Source: a virus. From it: a stretch of DNA of 64,000 nt. Position numbers and translations under genes: made by a program. The DNA is taken from IMG/VR virus record IMGVR_UViG_3300011008_000022. One strand, given 5' to 3'. The notes under the pieces were generated by a model. That model did no database searches. It had not been told where the DNA came from and saw only the letters and a program-made list of their open reading frames with translations. Positions 36,990 to 45,341 of the stretch are shown in pieces (the stretch's first letter is position 1; every line of letters starts with the position of its first letter).

Positions 36990-38108
36990 ATGCCTAAAAT
37001 TGAATTGTCCCTTCCCCGCTCCTGGAACCAGTGTACGCTACCTGCGCTCCGTGCTATTGCTGCCGTGCTGACTGACTGCTCGGCACGTATCGATCGCTTC
37101 CATCCTTTTGACATGATGGAGGTAAAGGTGGGGGTATTACTACGTTTAACGAATATCGAAGTGCTGGAACCAATCAACCCGCGAGTAGCGGTCGAAGAGC
37201 AATACTATACCTGCCGCCTACGTCCCTGGACTATCGATGAAGAATATAGTCGTTGGTTCCGTATGCTGCGATACTATCGCAGCTTCTGTGCTTGGTTCCG
37301 TCGCTCTGTCCTCGGACATGATGACACTTTCTCGCTATACGTGTGGCAAATCAATTACTGGCTCACTCCTCACAAAGATCAGGCAACAGGACGCATGGTG
37401 CCTGGTATGCTCGACTGGATGAATAGCGATAGTAAGAGCTTCCTTCAGCGCTTCCCGTTCCCGTCTGTCCGTCGTCGCTCTGGTAAGTGCTCTCGTAAGG
37501 TGACATTCAAGGGACCTAACACGTTTATGGATGGCTTCTCATGGCGACGCTACCGATTCGCTCAGGACTATATGCAGATGTATATCGAACAGCAAAACCA
37601 TTTGCTCGAACTGCAACAGTCTGGCAAGGTGTCGGCAAAGGACTTGCTGAAAGCAACAAAGGCCATGGATCTGTCTAAGGCGCTTTTCCTGGCTACTGTC
37701 TTCAATCGTAAGATAACATTTGTCAACGAGGAAACAGGACAGACTATCACCGATTATCATTACCAGTTTAATCAGCATTCAGATAACAGTCCTTTCTTCC
37801 GTAATTTCGACGATAAGGATTGGCAACTGGTGTGCCTATGGTGGGCGGGCATGATGCACTATTTGCATCAGACTTATCCCAAGGTGTTCAAGGTACAGAA
37901 GGTGAAAGGTAACAAGAAACCTGTCAACCCGCTCATGTTATATGCGCGTACAACGGCAACACTGGAGAAGTACCTCCACTCTACTGCAACGGACATAGAA
38001 AGGGAACCTTACTCCACCATCCTTCAGCAACTCGAAGACATCACACGTCGTAACGAGGAGATAGAAGCTGCAAACCGCAAAATGAGGGCACAATCCCGCC
38101 GTAAGTAG
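36990..38108 (+). CDS. hypothetical protein
   Basis: 372 aa ORF. It contains an in-frame copy (37256-37283) of the 28 nt leader element found intergenically at 29649-29676. Confidence 0.6.
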   Translation: MPKIELSLPRSWNQCTLPALRAIAAVLTDCSARIDRFHPFDMMEVKVGVLLRLTNIEVLEPINPRVAVEEQYYTCRLRPWTIDEEYSRWFRMLRYYRSFCAWFRRSVLGHDDTFSLYVWQINYWLTPHKDQATGRMVPGMLDWMNSDSKSFLQRFPFPSVRRRSGKCSRKVTFKGPNTFMDGFSWRRYRFAQDYMQMYIEQQNHLLELQQSGKVSAKDLLKATKAMDLSKALFLATVFNRKITFVNEETGQTITDYHYQFNQHSDNSPFFRNFDDKDWQLVCLWWAGMMHYLHQTYPKVFKVQKVKGNKKPVNPLMLYARTTATLEKYLHSTATDIEREPYSTILQQLEDITRRNEEIEAANRKMRAQSRRK

Positions 38109-38214
38109 CCACCGTGCCCAGCGCTTTTTCGCTGGGTTTTCTTCGTCACCGTGCCCAGCCGTTCTCGGCTGGGTCTTCAAATCACTTTGTCCCGTCCTCG
38201 TCACTCGCATTCTG

Positions 38215-38222
38215 TATCTTTG
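38215..38222 (+). promoter_or_regulatory. -7 promoter box (TATCTTTG)
   Basis: TAnnTTTG match after two tandem H1 hairpins (38117-38136, 38154-38173), followed by leader hairpin 38245-38263. Confidence 0.5.
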
Positions 38223-38283
38223 CAATATAAAAATAGTTCTGTATGTCGCTATGTCTTAGCGACTTTAAAAAGGAAATAAGATT

Positions 38284-40119
38284 ATGGCAAAAAAGACTTC
38301 TGCTCCCGTCACCCGCGTAAAGGCCAGCAACTTCATAAAAAAGGCTGCTGACCTGCATCGCCGTAACTACTCGGTACTCCTGCCAGGCGACCGCTCTTAC
38401 TATAATTTGGATGGCCCCAGCAGCGATATTTCTTGGGGCGACTTCATCGGCTCACAGCTTCGTGCCGGTGCAACCGAAAATGGTAAGTCTCAGCGTAAGT
38501 CTATACCTACGCTCTATTTCTCGTCAGGAAACGAAAGCCAACAGGGAGCTGAGAAGATTGGTACGCCTAACTTGGGATGGATAGAATGGGGCTATGGCAA
38601 CAACCTGCCTAACATCGTGGCATTGCTCACACACATGCTGCCATATACGGCTGCCGGTCTTAAATTCAACACGGATCTCTGTGCTGGACTCGGACCTCAG
38701 CCGATGTACGACTGTACGCAGTATGTGGGTGGTAACATCACACAGAAACTCATCCGCTATAAGGATGCAGGACAATGGCTGCGCGGACGTATCATCGACC
38801 TGCAGACACAGCTGCTGAACCTCGAACAGAAAAACACCACTCCCGATGATTCATCATCGGGCGAAGGCATGGGTGCTGCTGTTGGCTCTGTAACAGGACG
38901 TGGCGCGAAAAAGTCTGAGGTGTACGATGCACTTGTGGATTCTATCAACGAACAGATAAAGGAATTACAAGAGGCACATAAGGTATGGAAGACTACAGAT
39001 GAGGAGGTACAGAAGTTCCTCGATAATAATAATATCGCTCAGACATGGCTTTCGCTGGTGCTCGATCAGGAACTGTTTGGTATCTCGTTCCCAGAACTGT
39101 TGCTGAACCAGCAAGACCTCGACGAGAATGGAAACCCTGTCAAAACGAAGACTTGGACTCCTCGCGTGACGGGTATCGCCCACCGTTCATGCCATACGAC
39201 CCGCATGGAGCGTATGGATGAAATGGGTAAGATTAACTTCGTGTACTGCTCTACAAGATGGCTTGATAAATACTTCATCGAACAGGGTGGAGAGAATAAC
39301 GCGCCTATCAATGCTATACCTGCCCTCCATGTGCCCTCTCCTCTTGCTTCACTGGAGGAGAAGGTACGTGAGGCTCGCCAGAAAAATGTATCTGTCAACA
39401 ACAGACCGACGCACTTTGTTTTGCCGACGGTCTATCCTACCGCTGGTCGCCCATATTACCCGACTCCTGCCTGGTACTCTATCTTTGGTGGTGATATCTA
39501 CGAATACATCACAACGATATTCTCAGACCGCCTCTCTCGTAAGCGTAACAGCAATGTCATCGGACGTGTCATCTATCTGCATAACGATTACATGCAGCAG
39601 TTGTTTGTGGCCAAAAAAGCACAGGCTGATGCTAACAAACAGGCTGAGATACGCGACAAACTCTATACGCAGATCAACCAGTGGCTCGCCAATCGCAACA
39701 ATGCCGGACAGTCATTGCTGGCTTTCACATTCATGGGCACGGATGGTAAGGAGCATAAGAGCTTCGAGATTGTAGAGATCGAAAGCAACAATAAGGATGT
39801 GGTGGCAGCCAACGAGAAAGAGACGGCTGAACTGTCATCAGTGGTATTCATGGCTCTGGGTCTTGATGGTCGTCTGCTGGGTTCTTCGCCGCTGTCTCTC
39901 GTAGGTAGCAACGGTGGTACTGACATCCGCGAACGCTTCCTGCTTCGCTTGATCCTGAAATCACCGCAAATCAACATCATGCTTAAACCGCTGGAAGTGC
40001 TCTCTCGCTTCAACAAGTGGGACCGCCACCTGGTATGGCAGGTGCAAAAGCAGGCAATGACAACACTTGACCGCTCTAAATCGGGCGTGACAACACAATC
40101 TGACGACGAAGGTAAATAG
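38284..40119 (+). CDS. hypothetical large protein (portal candidate by size only)
   Basis: 611 aa ORF flanked by 33 nt direct repeats (38231-38263 and 40114-40146). An in-frame hairpin lies at 38842-38861. Confidence 0.55.
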   Translation: MAKKTSAPVTRVKASNFIKKAADLHRRNYSVLLPGDRSYYNLDGPSSDISWGDFIGSQLRAGATENGKSQRKSIPTLYFSSGNESQQGAEKIGTPNLGWIEWGYGNNLPNIVALLTHMLPYTAAGLKFNTDLCAGLGPQPMYDCTQYVGGNITQKLIRYKDAGQWLRGRIIDLQTQLLNLEQKNTTPDDSSSGEGMGAAVGSVTGRGAKKSEVYDALVDSINEQIKELQEAHKVWKTTDEEVQKFLDNNNIAQTWLSLVLDQELFGISFPELLLNQQDLDENGNPVKTKTWTPRVTGIAHRSCHTTRMERMDEMGKINFVYCSTRWLDKYFIEQGGENNAPINAIPALHVPSPLASLEEKVREARQKNVSVNNRPTHFVLPTVYPTAGRPYYPTPAWYSIFGGDIYEYITTIFSDRLSRKRNSNVIGRVIYLHNDYMQQLFVAKKAQADANKQAEIRDKLYTQINQWLANRNNAGQSLLAFTFMGTDGKEHKSFEIVEIESNNKDVVAANEKETAELSSVVFMALGLDGRLLGSSPLSLVGSNGGTDIRERFLLRLILKSPQINIMLKPLEVLSRFNKWDRHLVWQVQKQAMTTLDRSKSGVTTQSDDEGK

Positions 40120-40166
40120 TTCTGTATGTCGCTATGTCATAGCGACCTCAAAATAAAAGAAAAGAT

Positions 40167-41204
40167 ATGGCACAAGGATTACTCATACAAGGTGCATCAC
40201 CACTCGTAGGCAGCCCTATCACTTATCAGGTGACAGCAGCGGTCATCAGTGGCGATTGCGCTTTTCATCGTGTCAAACTGACGGTATCGGCATTCCTCGA
40301 AGGTGTCGATATCAACTTTGCCGACCTCACGCTGTCCTCTCCGGCTGAGTCGGGAGAAATCCTGAAGTTCGACATCAGCAGCGCACTACGTGCTGTCGCA
40401 GATAAGTATGAGTACACTGTCAACCCGCCTGCCAACTATCCGCGTATCGGATATAGACTGTCTGCCTGCGATGAGTACATGCAGAACGGAGAGGTACACG
40501 ATAACGTGGGCGTGGTGACGATTGACACCATTCAGTATTGCATCATGGGTGCCTACTCGGATATGGAACGTCTGCTATCTGCTGGCAGCAAGTCGGCACA
40601 GCACTTTACACGCAAGCCGAACACGATGCCGGAGGTGGTGGCCGTAGGAGAGAGCATGGTATGCCCTCAGTCCTATGCTCAACCCGTCAGCAGTGGAAAT
40701 ATTACCGTAGGACCTACATCATCGGTGGTAAACATCGTCAACGAGGGATTGCAGACGGTCAATGGCCGTCAGGTGTATGCACTGCCTGCAGGACAGAAAG
40801 ACCGTTACGAGTTCCGCTTTGTCAATGGCCTGGGATGCCTCGAAAGCATCAGCGTAAAGGCTTTGCGTACCTCTGAAACGAACGTTACCCAGGAGTCTTT
40901 CATTCGCTCGGTGCAAGAGACGTTCAACTCATTCTCGCGAGGACTCGTGACTAAGAAAAACGATTACGAGACTTGGAAGATGTGTAGTGGACCGCTCGAC
41001 GAAGCATGGCATTCGTGGTTCATGCACGAGTTCATCATGGCTAAGTTCGCCTGGATAAAAATCAACGGACATTGGATAGGGTGCCACATCGTTCCTGAAG
41101 AAACAGTAGATGGCATCGATCGTACCAGCGGCAACTTCATGCAGGTGGAGTTCTCAGTACAACTTGACATCAATGGCAGCCCACTCGCTGCTTTGGCCAT
41201 ATAG
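40167..41204 (+). CDS. hypothetical protein
   Basis: 345 aa ORF with a 20 nt spacer after leader hairpin 40128-40146. Confidence 0.65.
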   Translation: MAQGLLIQGASPLVGSPITYQVTAAVISGDCAFHRVKLTVSAFLEGVDINFADLTLSSPAESGEILKFDISSALRAVADKYEYTVNPPANYPRIGYRLSACDEYMQNGEVHDNVGVVTIDTIQYCIMGAYSDMERLLSAGSKSAQHFTRKPNTMPEVVAVGESMVCPQSYAQPVSSGNITVGPTSSVVNIVNEGLQTVNGRQVYALPAGQKDRYEFRFVNGLGCLESISVKALRTSETNVTQESFIRSVQETFNSFSRGLVTKKNDYETWKMCSGPLDEAWHSWFMHEFIMAKFAWIKINGHWIGCHIVPEETVDGIDRTSGNFMQVEFSVQLDINGSPLAALAI

Positions 41205-41266
41205 CCACCAATCCCAGCCGTTCTCGGCTGGACCTCGAAAAGAAACAACATAATAATAAAATAAAA

Positions 41267-41776
41267 ATGAATAGTATCGTATCATTCTTCCAGAGCTTCT
41301 TCAGCTCAGTACCGCGACAGATTGCTGTCGGACTGGGAATTGTTTGGGCATGGCTGGAGCCAACACTCCCCTATGCCGCTATGTGTTTGTTTGCTGTTGT
41401 CATCGATTGCCTCACGGCATGGCGATTAAATCGGCGTGTGAAGGCTAAATATCCGAACGCAGGAGCCGATGGCAAACTGAAATCCTCACACATGTCGAAG
41501 ATGATATCAGACCTGGCTATCGTTTGGCTCTGCATCCTACTGGCAGACGGTGTGGATGATAATTTGCTCGAACACCTTGGAGGTCTCCACCTCGGCCAGT
41601 ATGTAGCAGCTATCTTTGTCCTCTGCACGGCTGTCTCGATACTCGAAAATGAGTCTTCATGCAATGGCGCTGCATGGGCAAGAGCCGTCCAGAAGATTGT
41701 CACCTCGAAAGTCGCTCGCCATATCGACATCGACGAGAAAGAATTGGAGGAGATCATACACGAGAAAAAAGAATAG
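41267..41776 (+). CDS. holin candidate (phage_holin_4-like membrane protein)
   Basis: 169 aa with 3-4 hydrophobic helices. VVIDCLTAW and SILENESSCNG resemble holin family 4 blocks. Confidence 0.45.
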   Translation: MNSIVSFFQSFFSSVPRQIAVGLGIVWAWLEPTLPYAAMCLFAVVIDCLTAWRLNRRVKAKYPNAGADGKLKSSHMSKMISDLAIVWLCILLADGVDDNLLEHLGGLHLGQYVAAIFVLCTAVSILENESSCNGAAWARAVQKIVTSKVARHIDIDEKELEEIIHEKKE

Positions 41777-41820
41777 TCACCGTGCCCAGCCGCTCTCGGC
41801 TGGGTCTCAATCTATAAGGT

Positions 41821-42384
41821 ATGAAAGCAAATATCAGCAAAATCCTCGAAAAATGGGCGGAATTGTACGAGCCTATCAGCCATGACCCCAAGAAAGGGTC
41901 TAAGGATAAGGCATACTATGAGATTCGTACCATCAATGACAATTCTGGCTTCATGCGCAATCAGAATGCGGCTAAGTCACCGTGTATGGCATATTCTATC
42001 CTGATTGATGCTCAGGGCACGAATAACCACGTCGTCAACTATGCTCATGCCATCTACTTCCTCGTCAGGGCTAAATCCTACTCGCTGGCGAAAAATGCAC
42101 GTCAGGATGACGAACTGGGTGCCGACATTCAGATGACGATGGATGATTACGTCCAGGATCTGCTGGCATACCTGCGTGAACTGAAACGGACAGGGATATG
42201 TCCTATCACGGGTGCTACCTACGACCGTCCTACAATGGATGCACTAAGAGGAATGCAACTGGAGAGCGCTGAATGGGCTTCTGCGCCTGTCAAGTACGCT
42301 GAATGGCATGTAATGGGATTGAACATCGAACAAAACGCACCGCGACAACTGTGCGTGAATAAAGAACTCTATAAAAACGAATAG
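41821..42384 (+). CDS. hypothetical protein
   Basis: 187 aa ORF with a 16 nt spacer after hairpin 41785-41804. Confidence 0.65.
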   Translation: MKANISKILEKWAELYEPISHDPKKGSKDKAYYEIRTINDNSGFMRNQNAAKSPCMAYSILIDAQGTNNHVVNYAHAIYFLVRAKSYSLAKNARQDDELGADIQMTMDDYVQDLLAYLRELKRTGICPITGATYDRPTMDALRGMQLESAEWASAPVKYAEWHVMGLNIEQNAPRQLCVNKELYKNE

Positions 42385-42388
42385 CATT

Positions 42389-43066
42389 ATGGAAAAATTT
42401 AACTATCAACAACCGTGCTGCATCGAGAGCACACTGCCACAGCTGCTGAAGAAATACGACTGGCTGCCATTCCAGACAAGTGGCGATGTGACAGTAGAGA
42501 AAATCCTGAAGGCTGTAAGCTACCTCGCTGGCAACAACCTCGACATCACTATCTGCCTGCCGGCTATCGACGTAACAATCCTGCGCCTATTCGCTTGGTA
42601 CCATAGACGTGGATGGCTGAAAGCGTTTACCGTCTTAACGGCAACAGACCAAAGCGAACTGATCCGTAACGAATTGCCAAAGGAACTGCCACTAACCATC
42701 GTGGATAGTGCCGACATCCCCGAAAACTATGGTATGTTGGTCATCAAAGGTGAACTGAGCAATGTCATCGTCAATGGTCCGATCTTCTCAGTCGTCACAC
42801 CAGGCATCTGTTCCTATACGGCATACTATGGCAAAGACCCAGAGCGTATCGCTCAACTGACCGACACCATCAATGCCCGCATCCGCGTCGCTGATGCCAA
42901 AAAGAAAAGGGCTGCAAGGAAAACAACCCCAAAGAAAAAAGGCACCACCACTCCCGCCTCCGAAGCTCCTGCTCCCGCTGATGGTTCCACTGTGCTCGGC
43001 GATTCTGTCGTCGAGGAAAAAGACTCCACCTCTCCCGCTGCTTCTCCAGCGGGCACTGATGAATAA
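42389..43066 (+). CDS. hypothetical protein with hairpin-element C-terminal tail
   Basis: 225 aa ORF. The tail GSTVLGDSVVEEKDSTSPAASPAGTDE is encoded by hairpins 42995-43015 and 43034-43053. Confidence 0.6.
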   Translation: MEKFNYQQPCCIESTLPQLLKKYDWLPFQTSGDVTVEKILKAVSYLAGNNLDITICLPAIDVTILRLFAWYHRRGWLKAFTVLTATDQSELIRNELPKELPLTIVDSADIPENYGMLVIKGELSNVIVNGPIFSVVTPGICSYTAYYGKDPERIAQLTDTINARIRVADAKKKRAARKTTPKKKGTTTPASEAPAPADGSTVLGDSVVEEKDSTSPAASPAGTDE

Positions 43067-43164
43067 CCATACCGCTGCACCGCAACGGTAAATTCGCGTT
43101 ACTCCTGCACCCAGCCGCCCGTTATCGGCTGGGTGTTTTCTTTTCCAGCGCTTCCGCCACTGTG

Positions 43165-43188
43165 CCCAGCCGTTCTCGGCTGGGTTTT
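43165..43188. terminator. hairpin plus T-tract in a convergent gene gap (possible bidirectional terminator)
   Basis: CCCAGCCG-TTCT-CGGCTGGG-TTTT lies between the end of the plus operon (43066) and the end of the minus-strand ORF (43187). A second hairpin is at 43110-43133. Confidence 0.5.
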
Positions 43189-43753
43189 ATCCTTCTTTCT
43201 GCTGAATGTTGGCCACGGCATCCTTAACCTCCTCCCATGCCACCATTTCCAATTTGCGAGTATCAGGATCATACTCACCAACAAAGGCAATGGCCTCATG
43301 CAAGGCATCATCGGTGCGGTCGGCAATCACAAAGAACTCGAACGGCTCAATAGGAGGCACCTGAACGGAACCAGGCACAAGACCGGCACGGACAGCACGA
43401 CGGATGCGGTCGGCTTCTGCCTTCGGCAATACAACCACCTGAGCCTTGCGCTCACGGATGGCTGCCTGCTCCAACTCACGGGCATGTTCCTCCCACTTCT
43501 CATTCTGCAACTTCCACACCATATAAAGATAGGCGTTATTCAGGAAATTACGCCAGCGCTCCCACCCTTGACCAATAAACACAACTGCCAAAGGCTCGGC
43601 AATATACAAACGACGCTCACGGGCATTCCACATCAGCATGTTCGACTCAAACAGCTGCTCTAAGTAACCAAACACGCGACTGGTTTTCACCATTTCCTTA
43701 CGCTTCTTCTTTGCGGCTCTCTTCTTACGCCACTCCTTAAAAAATCCAAACAT
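43187..43753 (-). CDS. hypothetical protein (minus strand)
   Basis: 188 aa ORF with a basic N-terminus KEWRKKRAAKKKRKE. It is one of only two convincing minus-strand genes. Confidence 0.6.
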   Translation of the reverse strand: MFGFFKEWRKKRAAKKKRKEMVKTSRVFGYLEQLFESNMLMWNARERRLYIAEPLAVVFIGQGWERWRNFLNNAYLYMVWKLQNEKWEEHARELEQAAIRERKAQVVVLPKAEADRIRRAVRAGLVPGSVQVPPIEPFEFFVIADRTDDALHEAIAFVGEYDPDTRKLEMVAWEEVKDAVANIQQKEG

Positions 43754-43905
43754 ATTCTAAAAGTATTAAGTGAAAAATGTTTCGTCTATTGTTCGGCGAT
43801 TGCATCGCCGCTTTTCGTTCTGTGCCCAGCGCTTTTCCGCTGGTCCTGTATGTCGCTATGTCATAGCGACCTTAGCCATCGTGCCCAGCCGTTCTCGGCT
43901 GGGTC

Positions 43906-44220
43906 TTATCCATAGATCTTCGTCCCGTCTATATCCACAATCAGGAAGTCCCACACATACCTGATAGCCCCAGAGTCCACAAACTGCACCCTGCGCAAAT
44001 GCTTACGACGGTCAACATCCAACGAAATCACCATGCCGCTCTCCAGTCGCCCGCTCTTCGTCACAAAACGGACGAAAAACGGCACTCTGGCCAACTTCTG
44101 TACGCCAGGAGGGGGATTGTACCCTACAGTCATCAGTCCCGTGCGTTTATCCTGCCACGTCCACTTCTCTGCGAACATGCGCACCTTCTGCCAGTGCTCA
44201 CTTGGTTGTCTTTTTGGCAT
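43906..44220 (-). CDS. hypothetical protein (minus strand)
   Basis: The track ORF starts at a TTG that lies inside the promoter box. The first ATG gives MPKRQPSEHW, downstream of minus-strand TATCTTTG. Confidence 0.55.
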   Translation of the reverse strand: MPKRQPSEHWQKVRMFAEKWTWQDKRTGLMTVGYNPPPGVQKLARVPFFVRFVTKSGRLESGMVISLDVDRRKHLRRVQFVDSGAIRYVWDFLIVDIDGTKIYG

Positions 44221-44247
44221 AATGCTCCTTTTTTGATGATTACTTCG

Positions 44248-44255
44248 CAAAGATA
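44248..44255 (-). promoter_or_regulatory. -7 promoter box (TATCTTTG) on the minus strand
   Basis: The plus strand reads CAAAGATA. It lies 27 nt upstream of the minus-strand ATG at 44220. Confidence 0.5.
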
Positions 44256-44364
44256 GTTATTCTCCCCTACTCCACCGTGACAAATTTTTCCCCTATTTTT
44301 GAACCAATTTTAGTCAGAATGAAAAATTTTCCCCCTATTTCTTGTAAATATCAAAATATATTCG

Positions 44365-44372
44365 TATCTTTG
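44365..44372 (+). promoter_or_regulatory. -7 promoter box (TATCTTTG) within the shared TATCAAAATATATTCGTATCTTTGCACC cassette
   Basis: Divergent from the 44248-44255 box. The same cassette occurs at 51881-51908, with variants at 55221-55248 (2 differences) and 56854-56879 (last 2 bases differ). Confidence 0.55.
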
Positions 44373-44401
44373 CACCAAAAATAACAAAATAAAATAAGAT
44401 T

Positions 44402-44728
44402 ATGACCTCAAAATTAGACCTTAATCGTGCTTTTAGTGAGCACGGAGTTACTTCTAAGACCGTTGCAGAGCGCATCGGACTGACACCACAGACCATCAGC
44501 GCTTATGTCAACGGCAACCCCACCGTCAAGAGCCTCTATCAGATAGCAGATGCACTTGAATGTGATGTGCGCGACCTGTTCTATCCCGTCGAGGATGCCA
44601 CAGAGGAAACCACCACTCCCGATGCCTCTCCATCGGGCACAAACGGCCCTCGTGCCTCTGCTCTGATTACATGTCCGCATTGCGGCACAGTCCTCTCAGC
44701 ATCCCTTTCGGTCTTCAACAAATCATAA
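44402..44728 (+). CDS. XRE/Cro-CI-type helix-turn-helix transcriptional regulator
   Basis: SKTVAERIGLTPQTISAYVNGNPTVKSLYQIADALECDVRDLF is a typical HTH_3 pattern. It is divergently arranged to the minus-strand genes. An in-frame hairpin lies at 44618-44637. Confidence 0.7.
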   Translation: MTSKLDLNRAFSEHGVTSKTVAERIGLTPQTISAYVNGNPTVKSLYQIADALECDVRDLFYPVEDATEETTTPDASPSGTNGPRASALITCPHCGTVLSASLSVFNKS

Positions 44729-44748
44729 ATTCATAAATTCATCAAACA

Positions 44749-45276
44749 ATGAAAAAGCAATTATTTTCTTCCCTCCTGTTTTGTTTGGTGTGTTGCTGTG
44801 TTGCAGCAACTTTCCCCCAGTCTGCTAACGCTCAGGTGGAGTTCTCGAAGTTCAAACTCAGTAAGGATGAGCCTTTCGGTGCTTTCCCTGGACGTAAGAT
44901 GCTCAATACCAAATTCAAGGTGACTGCCGACCGCGACCTGAAATATATCCTCGTGGACTATTACATCGTCAATGCCGTTGGCGATGTTATCTCCGGCTAC
45001 ACACAGGCCATCAAGAATGATACCCTGGAGTTCATCAAACCCAAACGCATGGAATGTACTGGTCCATACAACGCAGGCAAGTCCTACTCCCCTTGGGTCA
45101 GCGGTGTAATCACCTACCCTAACAAAGACATCACCGCCTTCCCGTTCCAAATACAAGTCATGTATATGGGCACCGATGATTGGGTCACAATCCCTATCAC
45201 CAAAGATAACCTCACCACCTATTTTCCCTCCCTCAAATGGATTGAATATAGTCGAAAGAATAAGAAAATCCTATAA
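44749..45276 (+). CDS. secreted protein (signal peptide)
   Basis: The N-terminus MKKQLFSSLLFCLVCCCVAATFPQSANA looks like a signal peptide. Confidence 0.6.
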   Translation: MKKQLFSSLLFCLVCCCVAATFPQSANAQVEFSKFKLSKDEPFGAFPGRKMLNTKFKVTADRDLKYILVDYYIVNAVGDVISGYTQAIKNDTLEFIKPKRMECTGPYNAGKSYSPWVSGVITYPNKDITAFPFQIQVMYMGTDDWVTIPITKDNLTTYFPSLKWIEYSRKNKKIL

Positions 45277-45284
45277 TTATTACT

Positions 45285-45313
45285 CCCCGCCGATTTCGGT
45301 GGGGTTTCTTTTT
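45285..45313 (+). terminator. hairpin plus T-rich tract
   Basis: CCCCGCCG-ATTT-CGGTGGGG followed by TTTCTTTTT. Confidence 0.5.
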
Positions 45314-45341
45314 GCGATGGCATCGCTACAACAATAACAAC

